Positions 1-12,719 of a DNA stretch of 64,000 nt are shown piece by piece (position 1 is the first letter of the stretch; the number at the start of each line of letters is the position of its first letter). The DNA lies in the NCBI GenBank assembly GCA_024679065.1, contig JAGIQG010000023.1, positions 10,106,001 to 10,170,000 on the forward strand, given 5' to 3'. The position numbers and the translations under genes were made by a program. Under the pieces are notes generated by a model. The model searched no databases. It saw only the letters and a list, made by a program, of their open reading frames with translations, and had not been told where the DNA came from. Source of the stretch: Sphyrna mokarran (taxonomy: Eukaryota).

Positions 1-575
1 AAGGAGATTAAGAAGGCACATGGCAACCTTTCATTTATTAGTCAAGTTATGGAATATAAGGTAGAAAGATAATGCTGGAACTATTATTATTATAAGTTAG
101 GCCACAACTTGAGTATCATGTTCAGTTCTAGTCACCTCACGACAGAAAGGATTATCAAAGTGGAGATTTATAAGGATGTTGCCAGGACAAAAAAAATTTG
201 GTTAGCTGAGGTTGTTCTCCTTGGTTTAGGGGAGAATTGATTGAGATGCGTAGCATTGTAAGGGGCCCGGATAGAGTGGACGGGAAGGACTAGTTTTTTT
301 AGCAGAGAGATCAGTGACTAGGGAGCATAAATTTAAAGAAATTAGTAGAAAGATTTGAGGAGAGATGAGGAAAAGTGTTTTCACCCAGAGGGCTGCAGTT
401 TTCGAACAGGGTGGTAGAGGCAGAAACACTCAACTCATTTCAAAGATGTTTGGATAATCTGCAGGGCAATGGACAAAATGCTGGAGAATGGGACTACAGT
501 GGCGGGGGGCAAGGGGGGGTTGATTTTTAGACACAACAGACATGATGGACCAAGTGGTCACGTTCTGCGCTGTAA
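1..575 (+). mobile_element. Degenerate CR1-clade LINE 3' fragment
   Basis: Decayed RT C-terminal sequence (ggccacaacttgagtatcatgttcagttctagtcacc, ttttcacccagaggg) matching the other CR1 copies in the window. Confidence 0.7.
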
Positions 576-629
576 ATTTTCTATGATTGTAAAGTCCAGC
601 ACTGCTCATTTCTATTTTCTGTGTCACAG

Positions 630-718
630 TCTGGTTTATGTTGTACTCGGGAGACTGGGGGCCAATCTTGTGGCGTTTGCTATTTCTCTACTTTTGTACC
701 GGAGGCGAATTGACAAGG
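630..718 (+). CDS. Gene 0 transmembrane exon of an inhibitory-type Ig-superfamily receptor (5' exons lie upstream of the window)
   Basis: Acceptor ttttctgtgtcacag|630 and donor AAGG|gtgagt. 89 nt, phase 2 to 1. Encodes (S)LVYVVLGRLGANLVAFAISLLLYRRRIDK, a hydrophobic helix followed by a basic stop-transfer cluster. Confidence 0.85.
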
Positions 719-2398
719 GTGAGTTTCTGTTTCTCCAGAATCGTTTTGTTATATTTCAATAATTTTCTGAAGTATATAAAGAGATTCTAATTTGCTGCAA
801 TCAACAAAATCTCTGATTCTGGTACCCTGCACATTCTAATATAGTTGTGTTAAAGATGGCAGAATGTTGAAGTTGTTATGTTGCTCAGAAATAACAAATA
901 ACCCTCTGTGAACTCTGGAGGGAGTGAAACTCAACATGGGTTTAAAATGATAGAGACCATAAGACTATCAGAAATAAGAACAGGAATGGGCCATTCAGCC
1001 CATCTGCTCCGCCATTTAATAGGATCACGTCGATCTGTTTATGACTAAGGATGGAAATGTTTTGGCCGTGTATGCCCCAAGATTGGAAATTCCCATCCCA
1101 GGTTAATGACCTTTTAAATGGTCCACCAAATTCTCTGTCTTGCCCACCATAATTCGCAATGTGAACAGGATGGGAAAATTTCGCCCCAAGTCATTTCTTT
1201 GCTTAGCTATGTGAGGGAAATCTTGCAATGATCTTTCAGTATGATAGCCTAGTTCTCAAACTCCCAAAAATCTATTCATGTCTGACATGAATGTACTGAA
1301 TGGTGAAACATTCACAACTCTCTGCAACAGAGAATTCCAAAGATACAGAAACTTCTGTAACTTCATCTCAATAAATGGGTCCATACTGTGCCCTGGGACT
1401 GTGACAGATTTAAGGCAGAGAAAGATAGATTCATAAGTGGTGAAGAGATCATAGGTTTTGGAGAAAAGGTGGGAGAATGGGCTTGAGGAGTTTATCAGGC
1501 ATGATTGAATGATGGAGCAGACTCAATAGGCTGAATGCACTAATTCTGCTCCCATATCATATGCTCTTATGGTCTTATGGATTCATGTTCTAGATTAGAA
1601 CATAGAACATAGAAAAACTAAAGCACAAACAGGCCCTTCAGGCAAAAGTTATGCTGAGCATATCCCTACATTACTAGGACTAGTTTTTACCCTCAATCCT
1701 ATTAAATCCCATGTACTTATCCAGATGTCTTTTAAAAGACCCTAACAAATTTACCCCCACCACCAGTCAGAGGAAATATTTCGTCCACATCTGCCCTGTA
1801 AAGTCAATTTATTTTTTTTTTTAATGAGATCATCTCACATCCGGCTGAACAGCAGAGAATATTGGCTTCCTATGGTCCCATTGGCCCTTTTTTGCACAAT
1901 CCTTCAGAGGCCATGAGACTGGGCCATAACCAATAGAATGCAAGTGCACAAGCCTATTGGGAACCGATTTGGAGCGAAGGCATGCAGTCCCCAGAGCTGG
2001 AGGCTATTCTTAAAACACAGGGATTGTTAGGAGTGGATCTGCATCATTGTGATGTTAAACACTTCAATGTATAGAGTTCTTCTCGATTAATAAATCCCTT
2101 AGTTTGTGACTTACCATATAGAGTTGCCTTGAGTTATTACATCTCGTCCACTCAATCTTTCCTCATTTCCTTCTTGGGAATTGTGCAGTGAATAGAGAGC
2201 GGGTACGTCCTACCTACCTACAAACTGCACTTCAGGTGTAGCCTCACCAATTCCGTATTTTATTCACAAATCCCTCTGTAACAAAAGATAACAACCCATT
2301 TGGCTTTCTTTAAATGCTAATCAATGTACTCTGAGACATTCCAAGGTAGCGACCATTCCAATTAAAGCATTTTCAATGTTAACATTTTCATTTTTCAG

Positions 2399-2451
2399 AT
2401 ACAAATGACATAAGCCATGGAAGAGACAACGATAATCTTAATGACAATCAG
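2399..2451 (+). CDS. Gene 0 short cytoplasmic exon
   Basis: catttttcag|AT...AATCAG|gtgagg. 53 nt, phase 1 to 0, exactly bridging the TM exon and the terminal exon. Encodes DTNDISHGRDNDNLNDNQ. Confidence 0.8.
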
Positions 2452-3994
2452 GTGAGGAAATTAAGTATGAATTCTCTGACTAATGTCAGCGAATTTTCAA
2501 ACCTGGATGATGTAGAATTTACAGCACTGAAACAGGCCATTCAGGCCAACTGGTCCATGCTGGATTTTTTGCTCAACACAAGCCTCCTCCCATCCCTCTT
2601 TATCCAACCTGAACAGCATAAACTTCTATTCCTTTCACTCACATTTGTTTCTGTGGATTTGCCTTAAATGTATTGATGCTTTTTGACTGAACTACACCTT
2701 GGATTGGCTCCAATCTTTAATCTCATTGGATGAGCACAAAGGGAGACAGACTTTGGCTTTACGTTCAGAAGTGAGACCTCGTTAATTATTTCATCGCCAC
2801 TTTTGATTTGATGACATTTGTCAGTTTACGCTCTCGTATATTCTTGTAAAATCTCAAGTGTTCCTGCCAAAACAGAACAAAACTTAAGAATAAGAAAATG
2901 CTATCAAAAGCCAATGAGACCACCTACTCTGTGATGAGAGATTGGCCTTGCTGTAACTTTACCCATGTAGCCCCGAAGCTTTGGAATCCTCTCTGACTAA
3001 TTCATCACTTCATTATTTCTTTAAGGCATTCCGTAAAATATCTTTGCCTTAAACCTTTGGAAGATTTTGGTCACCTTCACTCATATCTTCTTCCTTGGTT
3101 TAGTTTCACTTTGTATCTGATGATGCTGCCATGGGTCTTGGGGCATTTCACAATGTTGAAGGCTCCAAATAAATGTACTTTCTTGTATTAAATATGGTCA
3201 TAGTTAATTCTAATTTAGGATCACTGCTGGTCCTACTGTGAGATAGTAATGTGAAAGATGCTGTCATTCTGAAGGGGTTTGCATCATTGAACGCAGTCCT
3301 GCTCCCCTGTGAATTAATTACAGCACAGTTCACTGGGAAGCTGCTGTGAAGATGTTTCAGTGCGGTTCTCACTATAACAAATGGGCAGCACACACAAGCT
3401 GATCAAAAGACAGAAGAAAGAACTCTGATAATCGTAAGCCATAACAGCAGGGATTGATGTTTGGATGGTGTAACCATGTCAGCACACCTCGTTAGTAATT
3501 AATCATTGTAATTAGACAAGCATATAGAGGCTATAACTGGTTTACTATATTCACCTGACATAAATGAAGTTATCAGAAGTATTCACTGTAATTGGATTTC
3601 AATGAGTTCAGAACAAATATGTCCTTGTGATTGGTGTATGAGGATTATACATAAGATACGCAAAGATAGAATGGTGCAAGCCATGTACCAGTACGCCACC
3701 TCGGGGGAGGCAGATCTCCTCGCTAAAGGGTGAATAAAGGCTGATTTAAAACCCCAAAAGTTTCATCTGGTCTGTTGAGGATGTGAGGTAAAATTTCACT
3801 AGATGGCAGCAAAATTCATTTCATATTCTGCCTTGGGAAATTAAAAAGTTAAGGCTAGATTCAGCAAGCTGGGCCTCCCTTTGATTAATGATCTGATTGA
3901 GATCTTCAAGATTCAGTTAGAGATAGCAAAGATGTTTCCACAGACAAGACCAAAAACATTGACCATAAATGGTGGACAGTTATTAATAACATGG

Positions 3995-4340
3995 AAGCAG
4001 TGGGTTAATGGTATTGTCATTGGACTAGGAATCCAGAGATCCAGGATCATCCTCTGATGACTTTGGTTCAAATCCCACCACAGCAGAGCTCAATGAAAAT
4101 CTGAAATTAAAAGTCAAATGATGACCACAAAACTATTGTTGATTGCTGTAAAAACCCATTTGGTTCATTGATGTCCTTTAGGGACATTTCCCTTAGGAAA
4201 TCTGCTGCCTATCTGTCTGGTCTACATACGACTCATAAATGCCCACTGAAATGGCCGAGCAAGCCACTCAGTTCAATTATGAATGGGCAACAAATGTTAG
4301 CCCAGCTAGCAATGACCATATTTCATGTGTGAATAAAAAA
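3995..4340 (+). mobile_element. tRNA-derived SINE (second shark family; antisense copies at ~12975-13310, ~18360-18800, ~32440-32770, ~36925-37230, ~45750-45920)
   Basis: B-box-like ggttcaaatccc. The body aaaacccatttggttcattgatgtcctttaggga...ggaaatctgc is shared with the other copies. Confidence 0.6.
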
Positions 4341-4668
4341 GTTTCACCCAACAGCAAATTCAAGAGAAACAACTTTACTCAGAGTGCTAAGAATGTGGAA
4401 TTTTCCACACAGGGAAACAAATGAGGCAAATAGCTGGAAATACATTCAAACAGAAGCTGGATAAGTACATGGGAAGGGAAGGATTTGAATGTTATTTTGT
4501 TGAGATTAACTGGATAGGGACAAATGATCTGTTTCACCGCTGGAGATAAATTATCGAATGCCGCGATCACTTGTGAACTGATTTACAATAAACTAGAAAT
4601 CGATTTCTCCACAAATCACCGTTTAAGTTAAATGGAAATAAATTGGATCTTTATTTTCTATCTTGCAG

Positions 4669-4944
4669 CAAATGGCAGTTGTGGAAGAGAACAGTCTGTA
4701 TGTCAGTGTAAAGTGCAATCGAGGGAACTCAGCAGAAACACACGGCAGGCAAACTGTCCACTTCACTAACAATGAGGAAGGAGTCACATATGCAGCAGTG
4801 CAGACTCAAAAGCCTGAAGAGTTAAGAGGTCGAGGCACTCAGTTAACAATGAGGATGTGTCAAGATTCAATGATAGCCCCTAAAGAACAGCACACAAGTT
4901 TTGATGAATGTGAAATGGCAATATATAGTAACATAACTCATTAG
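4669..4944 (+). CDS. Gene 0 terminal cytoplasmic exon with ITIM motifs
   Basis: ttttctatcttgcag|CAA, phase 0. Contains SLYVSV and VTYAAV (both match ITIM S/I/V/LxYxxI/V/L) and a C-terminal AIYSNI, then TAG. Confidence 0.88.
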   Translation, partial: QMAVVEENSLYVSVKCNRGNSAETHGRQTVHFTNNEEGVTYAAVQTQKPEELRGRGTQLTMRMCQDSMIAPKEQHTSFDECEMAIYSNITH

Positions 4945-5439
4945 AAAAAAATTCATGAAGAGCACATGATGAATATTACTCTTTCTTACTTTGCAATTAA
5001 ATTTCATCTGTGATGAACTGTCCACAAACTTACTTTGTCAGTTTGTTTGCACTCTCTGGGCCTGATTTTACCAAACGGAGCCTAAGGGCTGGATCCGTGC
5101 GGAATATGGATCTGAGCCCAGGATCCTTGTACTAGCGCACCTTATGCATTTTGTCACCTCCAATCTGGTCCACGCCGTAGACAGGGCTTAGCACTGCTGG
5201 ACTGTTCGGATCTCTGAACTGCGCACGCGCAGTTTGAAAACAATCGGGGACAGCGCACCCGGGCAATGGGCTGGACCGCACGGTTGTGGCGGTTTGTGCC
5301 TTCTGAAAGATTGTTTCCTTTTGTGTATCCTGTGTCAGTGTACCCAGCCAGAAAAATTCCAATAGAACATCAGTAGTTCCTTTTGGAAGGCAGTTCCATG
5401 CCAGGCTTTATCCTGTTTTGATGGTTCGGCCTGATGGGT

Positions 5440-6290
5440 CCACTATCTGGATAGGTTGAGTGAGTGGGCGAGTACCTGGCAGATGGAGTATAATGTTAGC
5501 AAATGTGAGGTTATCCACTTTGGTAGAAATAACAGCAGGAGGGATTATTATTTAAAAAGCAAAAAGCTGCAGCATGCTACGGTGCAGAGGGACCTTGGGG
5601 TCCTTGTGCATGAATTGCAAAAGCTCATCTGCAAGTGTAGTGGGCGATCAAGAAGGCGAATGGAATGTTGCCCTTTATAGCAAGGGAGGATAGAACATAA
5701 AAGCAGGGAAGTCTTGCTGTAATTGTACAGGGCACTGGTGAGGCCGCAACTGGAGGATTGTGTGCAGTTTTGGTCACCACATTTGCGGAAGGATATATTG
5801 GCCTTGGAGAGAGTGCAGAGAAGGTTCACTAGGCTGATAGCGGAAATGAGGGGGTTAGCCTATGAGGAGAGATTGAATAGATTGGGTCTGGACTCGTTGG
5901 AGTTTAGAAGGCTGAGGACGGATGTTAATGAGATGTATAAGATAATGAAGTGGCTAGATAGGGTAGAGGTAGAGAGATTCTTCCCGCTTCAAAAGGATGG
6001 CAGAACAAGAGGGCACAGCCTCAAAATAAGGGTGGGGCAGTTTAGATCAGAGTTGAAGAGAAACTTCTTCACTCAAAGGATGGTGAGTCTCTGGGGGGGT
6101 CCCTCGCTGAACACATTTAAGTCATGGTTGATAGGTTTCTGATAGACTAGGGAATTAAGGGTTATGGGGAGAAAGCGGGAAAGTGGAACTGAACCACTTC
6201 AGATCAGTTATGATCTTATTGAGTGGCAGAGCAGGCTCGAAGGGCTAGATGGCCTACTCCTGTTCCTACTCCTTATGTTCTTATGTTCTA
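5440..6290 (+). mobile_element. 5'-truncated CR1-clade LINE
   Basis: ORFs EWASTWQMEYNVSKCEVIHFG and YRALVRPQLEDCVQFWSPHLRKDILALERVQRRFTR (CR1 ORF2 C-terminus, frameshifted). The 3' tail ends in (ttatgttc)n. Confidence 0.9.
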
Positions 6291-6892
6291 TCAATGTCCG
6301 ATACAAGGAGCCTAAAAAAATTAATATGATGCCAGTTAATGTTTCCCTTCTGCTAGAAGCTGAAAGGGAAGCAAGTTTGCACAAACATGTTCCCAAAGCA
6401 GCTGGAACAAAAAGGGAGTAATTTGAAGATGAATTTAAAGTTGACAATTATAGCAAATTCTGGATGAAGAAGTAATCTTCAAAATTTTGGATTTTAGAAA
6501 CAAACATCATTTGTTGACAGGTGTTGACATCAGTGGAACTTTGACAAAGGCGCAATTATTTTGATATTATTACTAAGCTATGTTTTTTATTTATGATTGA
6601 CTCCATTTATTTTATGAACGTGTTTCCACAGGAAGGATACAGGAAATGAAAAAAAAGTCCCGTTTTTATTTCTATTGTTACATGGCTTAAATGCAAGGTG
6701 AAAATGCTTTAAATGTTAATTAGACAATACCCATTCGCATTAATTCTGTGCCTCCTGTTCCTGATCACATTTGTGTGAATTTGACTTATGTATAATGTAA
6801 TAGTTTGTGTGATGTATTATTAGAATCAGTTGCAGGAAAAAAAAGCAGAGAGCGGAGAGAGCAGCTCTCTGACCTAGATCATCCTCTAGGAT

Positions 6893-7020
6893 GGGGGGAG
6901 GAGGGGGCACAGATGGATCTCTGGTTTGAGGGGGAGGAGAGGGCGCAGATGGATCTCTGGTTGGTGGGGGGAGGAGGCGGCACTGATGGATCTCTGGTTT
7001 TGGGGGGGGGGGGGGGGGTG
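6893..7020 (+). repeat. Short G-rich tandem repeat (three ~34-39 bp units, gggggaggagggggcacagatggatctctggttt) plus a poly-G run
   Basis: gatggatctctggtt occurs three times in tandem. Confidence 0.75.
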
Positions 7021-7093
7021 TGCAGGGGGGTCTGCGGGTGATCCTCCTCCCCACCGGAGGACAAATCCATCCTCTTGGAGTGGACATGTGTCC

Positions 7094-7249
7094 ATGCCAT
7101 TCCACCAAACCTTCAGGATCAAGCAATTCCTCGTTAAGAAGATGAAGCAGAAGTGGCCGATTCCACAGTGGATCCACATGAAAACCGGCAACAAGATCAG
7201 GGATATCTCTATGAGGAGACACCGGAGAAGGACCAAGCTGAGCCTGCAA
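7094..7249 (+). pseudogene. RPL39: Processed pseudogene (retrocopy) of 60S ribosomal protein L39
   Basis: Intronless [51 protein letters not shown] aligns without gaps to vertebrate RPL39 (MSSHKTFRIKRFLAKK...[30 protein letters not shown], about 37/51 by manual count). The stop position is CAA. Confidence 0.9.
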
Positions 7250-7769
7250 AGGGATACACCATCACTGGTACACAACCACAGCCATCTCTTCCAATCTCTT
7301 GCCCCTGCAGAGAAGATTAATCTGTGGCTAGTAGTGTACCAGTGATGGTGTATCCCTTTATCAGAGGCTAAATTCTCCATCCTCTCTGGCAGCGGTAGCG
7401 AGACATGAGAAGCCAGAAAATTCTGGAATCTGTAACTGAGCCAGAAGTTATATTGTCATTTTTCAGTCTCAATAGGCATTCTATGTCATCGAGGAGACAA
7501 GACTCCACATGATAACCTGGTAAGGATAATAAATATGAACATGAATAATTAGAAATTTCCAAAATTAGATGATACAGGATTTGCTGCAAATTTTGCAGTA
7601 GGAATGGGCCGTTCAGCCCACCTGCTCAATGCTAGTCTTATGCTCCATTTGAGTCTCCTCCCATCCCTCTCCATTTCATACTATTTGCATATCCTTCTTT
7701 TCTTTTTCCCTCTTGTGATTATCTGGCCTTCCCTGTAATGCAGTAATGCTAAATAACTCCATTTACACA

Positions 7770-8700
7770 GAAAGGAAAGGAACTCAGGAGAAACATCTTC
7801 ACCCAGAGAGTGTCACCATATGGAATTCTTTACCATAAAAGGTTAATTGACAGAAATAGCATAAATACATTCGGGGGAAACTGAAAAAATTGTTGAGGGG
7901 GCGGGAAAGAAATAGAAAGGGGATAGACAAAGAGATGAAAGCTTTGCAGATGACACAAAGGGAGGGTGAGCTGTGAGGAGGATGCAGAGATGCATCATTG
8001 TACTTTGGACAAATTGAGCGAGTGAGCAAATGCATGGTTGATGCAGTGTAATGTGGATCAACATGAAGTTACCTACTTTGGTAGCAAAAACAGAAAGGCA
8101 GATTATTATCTGAATGGTTATAGATTGGGAGAGGCGAATTTGCAACAAGACCTGGATGTTCTTGTAAACCAATCGCTGAAAGTAAGCCAGCAGGTGCAGC
8201 AAGTGGGAAAGATGCCAAAGAGTATGTTGGTTTTCATAGCAAGAGGGTTTGAGTACAGGAGCAGCAACTTAAAGTTTCAAGTTTATTTATTAGTGCCACA
8301 AGTAGGTTTACATTAACACTGCAATGAAATTACTGTGAAAAGGAAAGTCTTGCTGCAGTTATACAGGGCCTTGGTGAGACCTTACCTGGAGTACCGTGTG
8401 TAGTTTTAGTCTCCTTATCTGAGGAAAGATGCTCTTGTTATGGATGGAGTGCAGTGAAGGTTAAGAAGACTGATTGCTGGACTGGCAGGACTGACAAATG
8501 AAGAAAGACTGAATTGGTTAGGATTCTAATAGCTGCAATTTAGAAGAATGAAGGGGAGAATCTTATAAAAACATGTAAAATTCTAACATGACTGGACAAG
8601 ATAAATGCATGAAGGGATTTCCTAATGGTGAATGTCCAGAGCCAGGAGTCAGAGTCTAAGGATACGGTGTAAAACATTTAGGACTGAGAGTTAGCCAGCT
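7770..8700 (+). mobile_element. Degenerate CR1 LINE fragments with a short SINE-tail insert (~8265-8340)
   Basis: QCNVDQHEVTYFGSKNRKADYYLNG...ARGFEYRS, then gggccttggtgagaccttacctggagtac. Confidence 0.75.
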
Positions 8701-10860
8701 TAATATTCTCATTGTTCGAAGAAATTGTCATTCTCCAGCTTCACTCACCATCAAATATGTCTAGAGAAATACACAACCCCATTTCAGGGAGTTGAGCAGA
8801 GGTATCCTCATATTGGAATTGATTCTGCTTCCCAGTTATTCAATCATAATTTACTTTTGCCCAGAGAATTCTCTTTGTGAATTGAGATCCCCTTCTGCCT
8901 GAAATCTGCCTCAAAATTTGTTTGTAGATTTGATACATGGAGCAGTGAAGGTTGTTCTACTTGTTACCAGGTCTCCTCACCCTGATAGAATTGTTGCTCA
9001 TCACCAACAACAAGATTGAATTTAAGCAAATTAAAATAAATTACCAATGCTGCAAGCTGAAAGTTCCAGGCTCTGTGCATGCGCATTGGCCCTTATCTGT
9101 CAGGCTGCTGTTTGTATGGCCAGCCCAACTGCTGACCAGCCCGGGACCCTCACAGCTCTGCCCCTCCAGTACCCCTGTCCATTCAAGGGCCAGCCCCAAA
9201 CACCCTCCTGTCCTGGATGGCCCAATTTCCAGTTCCACCCCACACCCCCCTGCCATATCCCCCGCGCCCCCCTGCCATATTCCCCGCAGTGACAATCCCC
9301 CCCAACCCTCTGACAGATCCTCCCATTGGCAGAACCCCCATGCCCCTCCCACCCCCCAAGAGACAGACCCCACCCCCGATAAATTCCCTCGGCTGACTAT
9401 ACACCCTCCCCCAGCACGTCCTGATCACTAGCCACCCTCCTGGCCCCATTGAGGGCAATGGCAGAGTGGCAGTGGGAACTGTCACTCGCATCGATCACTC
9501 CCTAGATCCTGTCCCTTAGATCTTGCCCCCAATTGCACTCTCCCATTAATGGGCAGTGCCAAAGTGCCCCGGCGCATGGGCACTTTGTCCCTTAGGCAGT
9601 GCCTGGGCTACAGGCTGGCAATGCCAGGATATCCATGCCCAAGCGGCACAATCCCGCTTCCCTGACTCCCTGCGGGAGCCCCCTTCCCTGCAGCGGGCTT
9701 GTCCCACTAGTTCTCCAAAAGTGGGGAGCTAATCTGAACCCCGCTGGAGTGAAATACTCCTAACAGTGTGGGAAAGCTAGCGGGCCTGGAGAAATCAGTT
9801 CCAGGGCCACCAATCAGATTTAAATTATATTAAAAATAGGCTTAAATCACTGACCTGTGTTCCCAGTGGTTTCCAGTGCAGCTTCCTGCCTGCTGTGGCA
9901 GATCCTTCAGCCTTGATCAAAGACTCCCAACCAGTACCCAACCAGGGAAAGCATACAGGTTGGTGTGGCCATTGTGCACTCTTGAGCCAATGCCACGGGC
10001 GCTACAACAGCGTTCCCTTCCAGCCACAGCGCTGAATGTCAGGCCCATGGAGCAGACTCCTGATCATCACAAGATGGGTTCCTATTCACTGTAGAGTAAA
10101 TGCAGTGTGTGCCTGTGTCAACATGAGTACCCCTGCCTGAATTGATCAGACCTCAAGCAGCACACAGTGCCCTTCCCGCGTTGCCCAACTCAAACCCCAG
10201 CACTCATTGTAGTCCCTCACTATACGCCATAGCCAGGATGATGGTACATCCATATGCCCTGGAAACAGCAGCCCCCTCTCCACCCCCATCGGGCACTTAG
10301 TAAAGTCCCACACCCCACCTGACAAATGGCACATCCTGGGACTGGAGACATCAGCCTCCCCTCATTGCGATGTCACGCCAGAGAGTGGGGGGAGATGCTA
10401 GCGGCAGGGGGGGGTGGAATTTAATGATGGACTCGCTAATTATCTGCAAAATTATGGTAACGCATGTAAATTGATGCCACCCTGATTTTCAGCACCAATC
10501 TGTTTGTGCTGAGAAACGTAGCTGGGAGACCCATGGAGGCCCAGCTACCCAGCGAGGAGTCCATGAAAGGGCCTCTGCTAATGTCTCCCAGCCTGCTGTG
10601 CTACTCGAGCAGTGGGATGGAAGAATTGCCACCACCACCCCTTGATGTTTAAGTCCCCAAAGAATATGTTGAGAATTTCTCCTGTTTTCATGGTTTAGAA
10701 TTTTTGCGGTCAGATCACCATCACCCCCCCCCCCCACCCATATAATGTGATAAATTTCTATATTAAGGATTACTTTCAGGTGGAATTTAACTCATTAGAA
10801 TGTATGTGTTTGAATCAAGTAGTTATTCTCTATCCAATTCCTGAAATGTTGTCTCCTCAG

Positions 10861-11156
10861 GTGCAAAAAGGGAAATAACGGGAATTGAGGGAAGAGCGAT
10901 CATAATTGATTGTCACTATGGGGCAAAGTACTTGTCAAATGTGAAATATTGGTGTCGTAGCTGGACTCAGCAGTGTGATGTTGTAGCAGCAACAAATTGG
11001 CAAAATGGCAGAATATCAATCACAGATAACAAGACACAAGGAGTATCTATTGTCACTATGAAGGATTTTACTCAGGAGACAGAGGATGGTATAGCTGTTG
11101 AATTGAAGAACTTGGCCTCAATCCAATGTATAACATAAAACTACAAATACCTTTTG
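10861..11156 (+). pseudogene. Gene A (pseudogene) CD300/pIgR-like V-type Ig exon
   Basis: gtctcctcag|GT. Encodes GRAIIIDCHY...VKYWCRSWTQQC...RISITDNKTQG...TMKD, with a 1-nt deletion near 11070 and TGA replacing a Gly/Ala codon right after WYSC (~11099). Confidence 0.85.
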
Positions 11157-12719
11157 TAGTTTTTGTAAGTTTCTCAGTGATTGTCTTTATTGCTCTCAAC
11201 TGAAATGACAGATCAATGACTAGAATTATACATTATACATTGGGGGTGTGGCTCTCGTAGTGCAGTAGGCCGGAAGCCATCAGCGGAGGCCACTTTGCAG
11301 GCTTCTCGCTGGGTGCCATGGCCTCCTCACATCTCTGAGACTTTATTATTTTTTGACATAATGAGCTCCGCATCAGAAATCTCCATTTCCATATGATTAG
11401 CGAGCCTGGAAATAAATTCTCCATGCCCACTCGTATCTGCACCACGCCCCCACTCCTGGCCAGGTCTACTGCTGCATCCCATTGATAGGGAACAGGCAGC
11501 CCGATCGTGCTGGATGGAAGACACTCTCCTGACAGGTCAGGGATTAAGACGGGTGTCCCTTGGACAGTGCCAGTTTGATAATGCCAGCCTGATGCCCTGA
11601 CACAGCCAAAGGGGCAAATGGCACTGCCTGCTGGACATAGGGCAAAGGAGGGGACAGGGCGAGAGGGAGGTGGGGCGTATTGGAAGAAGGTCCTATTGGC
11701 CAACTGATTGGCAGTGGGGGCACCTGCTACTACTCTGCCTGATCGGTGGTGGAGGAAGGGAATGAGGGTTATTGGGATTGGCCATCAGGACAAGGAGGTT
11801 CAGTCTGCCGGAGAAAGGGGGTCTTGGGGATGGCCATTGGAAGTAGGGGGTGCTGGAATTGTCAGAGGGAGGTTGAGGCTGACGGGGTGCGGAGGGGGAA
11901 TGATCATCAGGATTGGGGGCTGGGTTGGGATTAACCAAAGGGTTCTGGGAACTCAGAGGGTGATGGGAGGGAGACATAGGGGCTGGTGCAGGAAGTCCAG
12001 GATCCAGTGTTAAGGGATGGGAGGATCAGAAGCCAGCAATGGTGGATTGCAGGGCTGACCAGCAATCAGGAAGCCAGCAATCTGGAGTTACAGTGGGACA
12101 TTGTGCACATGCCAATCAGTGCATGCACAGTGGCCCACTCAGTGCTCTGCTGCCAGCCTCTTGGGCAAAATAGGCCCCAGGCCCTGATTTTCAGAGTGAA
12201 TCATGCTAGAGCACATTTTATCTGTGACAAAACATGGCAGCTCTGAAATTCCAAGTCTGGCAGCTAGAGGGCAGAAGTCAGCAAAACTGACACAAACCCT
12301 CATGTGGTCTGTCCATATTTCTGAAAATGGATTACAAACATTCCCGAACTATAGAGAGGGAGGAACACTGGAAAATCGCAATCATCATGGATCTGGTTCT
12401 GAGGGAATGATTGGAGCTATGGGCTGACAAGTTCCTGGATTTTAATGGACTTCATTCCAGGGTCTTAGAAGAAGTGGCAAGTGAGGTAGTTGGTGCATTG
12501 GTTTTAATTCTCTGAAACGTTTGATGAAGGACCATTAGATTAGAAGATGGAGGGAGACAATCAAAGTGGGAAATTACAGGGCGATTAATTTATATCTGCT
12601 CTAGGGAATATATTAGAAGCTATTATTTAAAAAGCTACAGCTAAGTACTGAGATTGGCTCCAGGGAATCCAGCACTGTAAACATGATTAAATCATGTTCC
12701 GATCACATTGAACAATATT

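Noticed and set aside
8952-12250. Pro/Gly-rich ORFs on both strands (8952-9491, 11233-12246)
   Set aside because: These are GC-skewed, low-complexity, repeat-like sequences with no coherent protein signal. The family could not be assigned.
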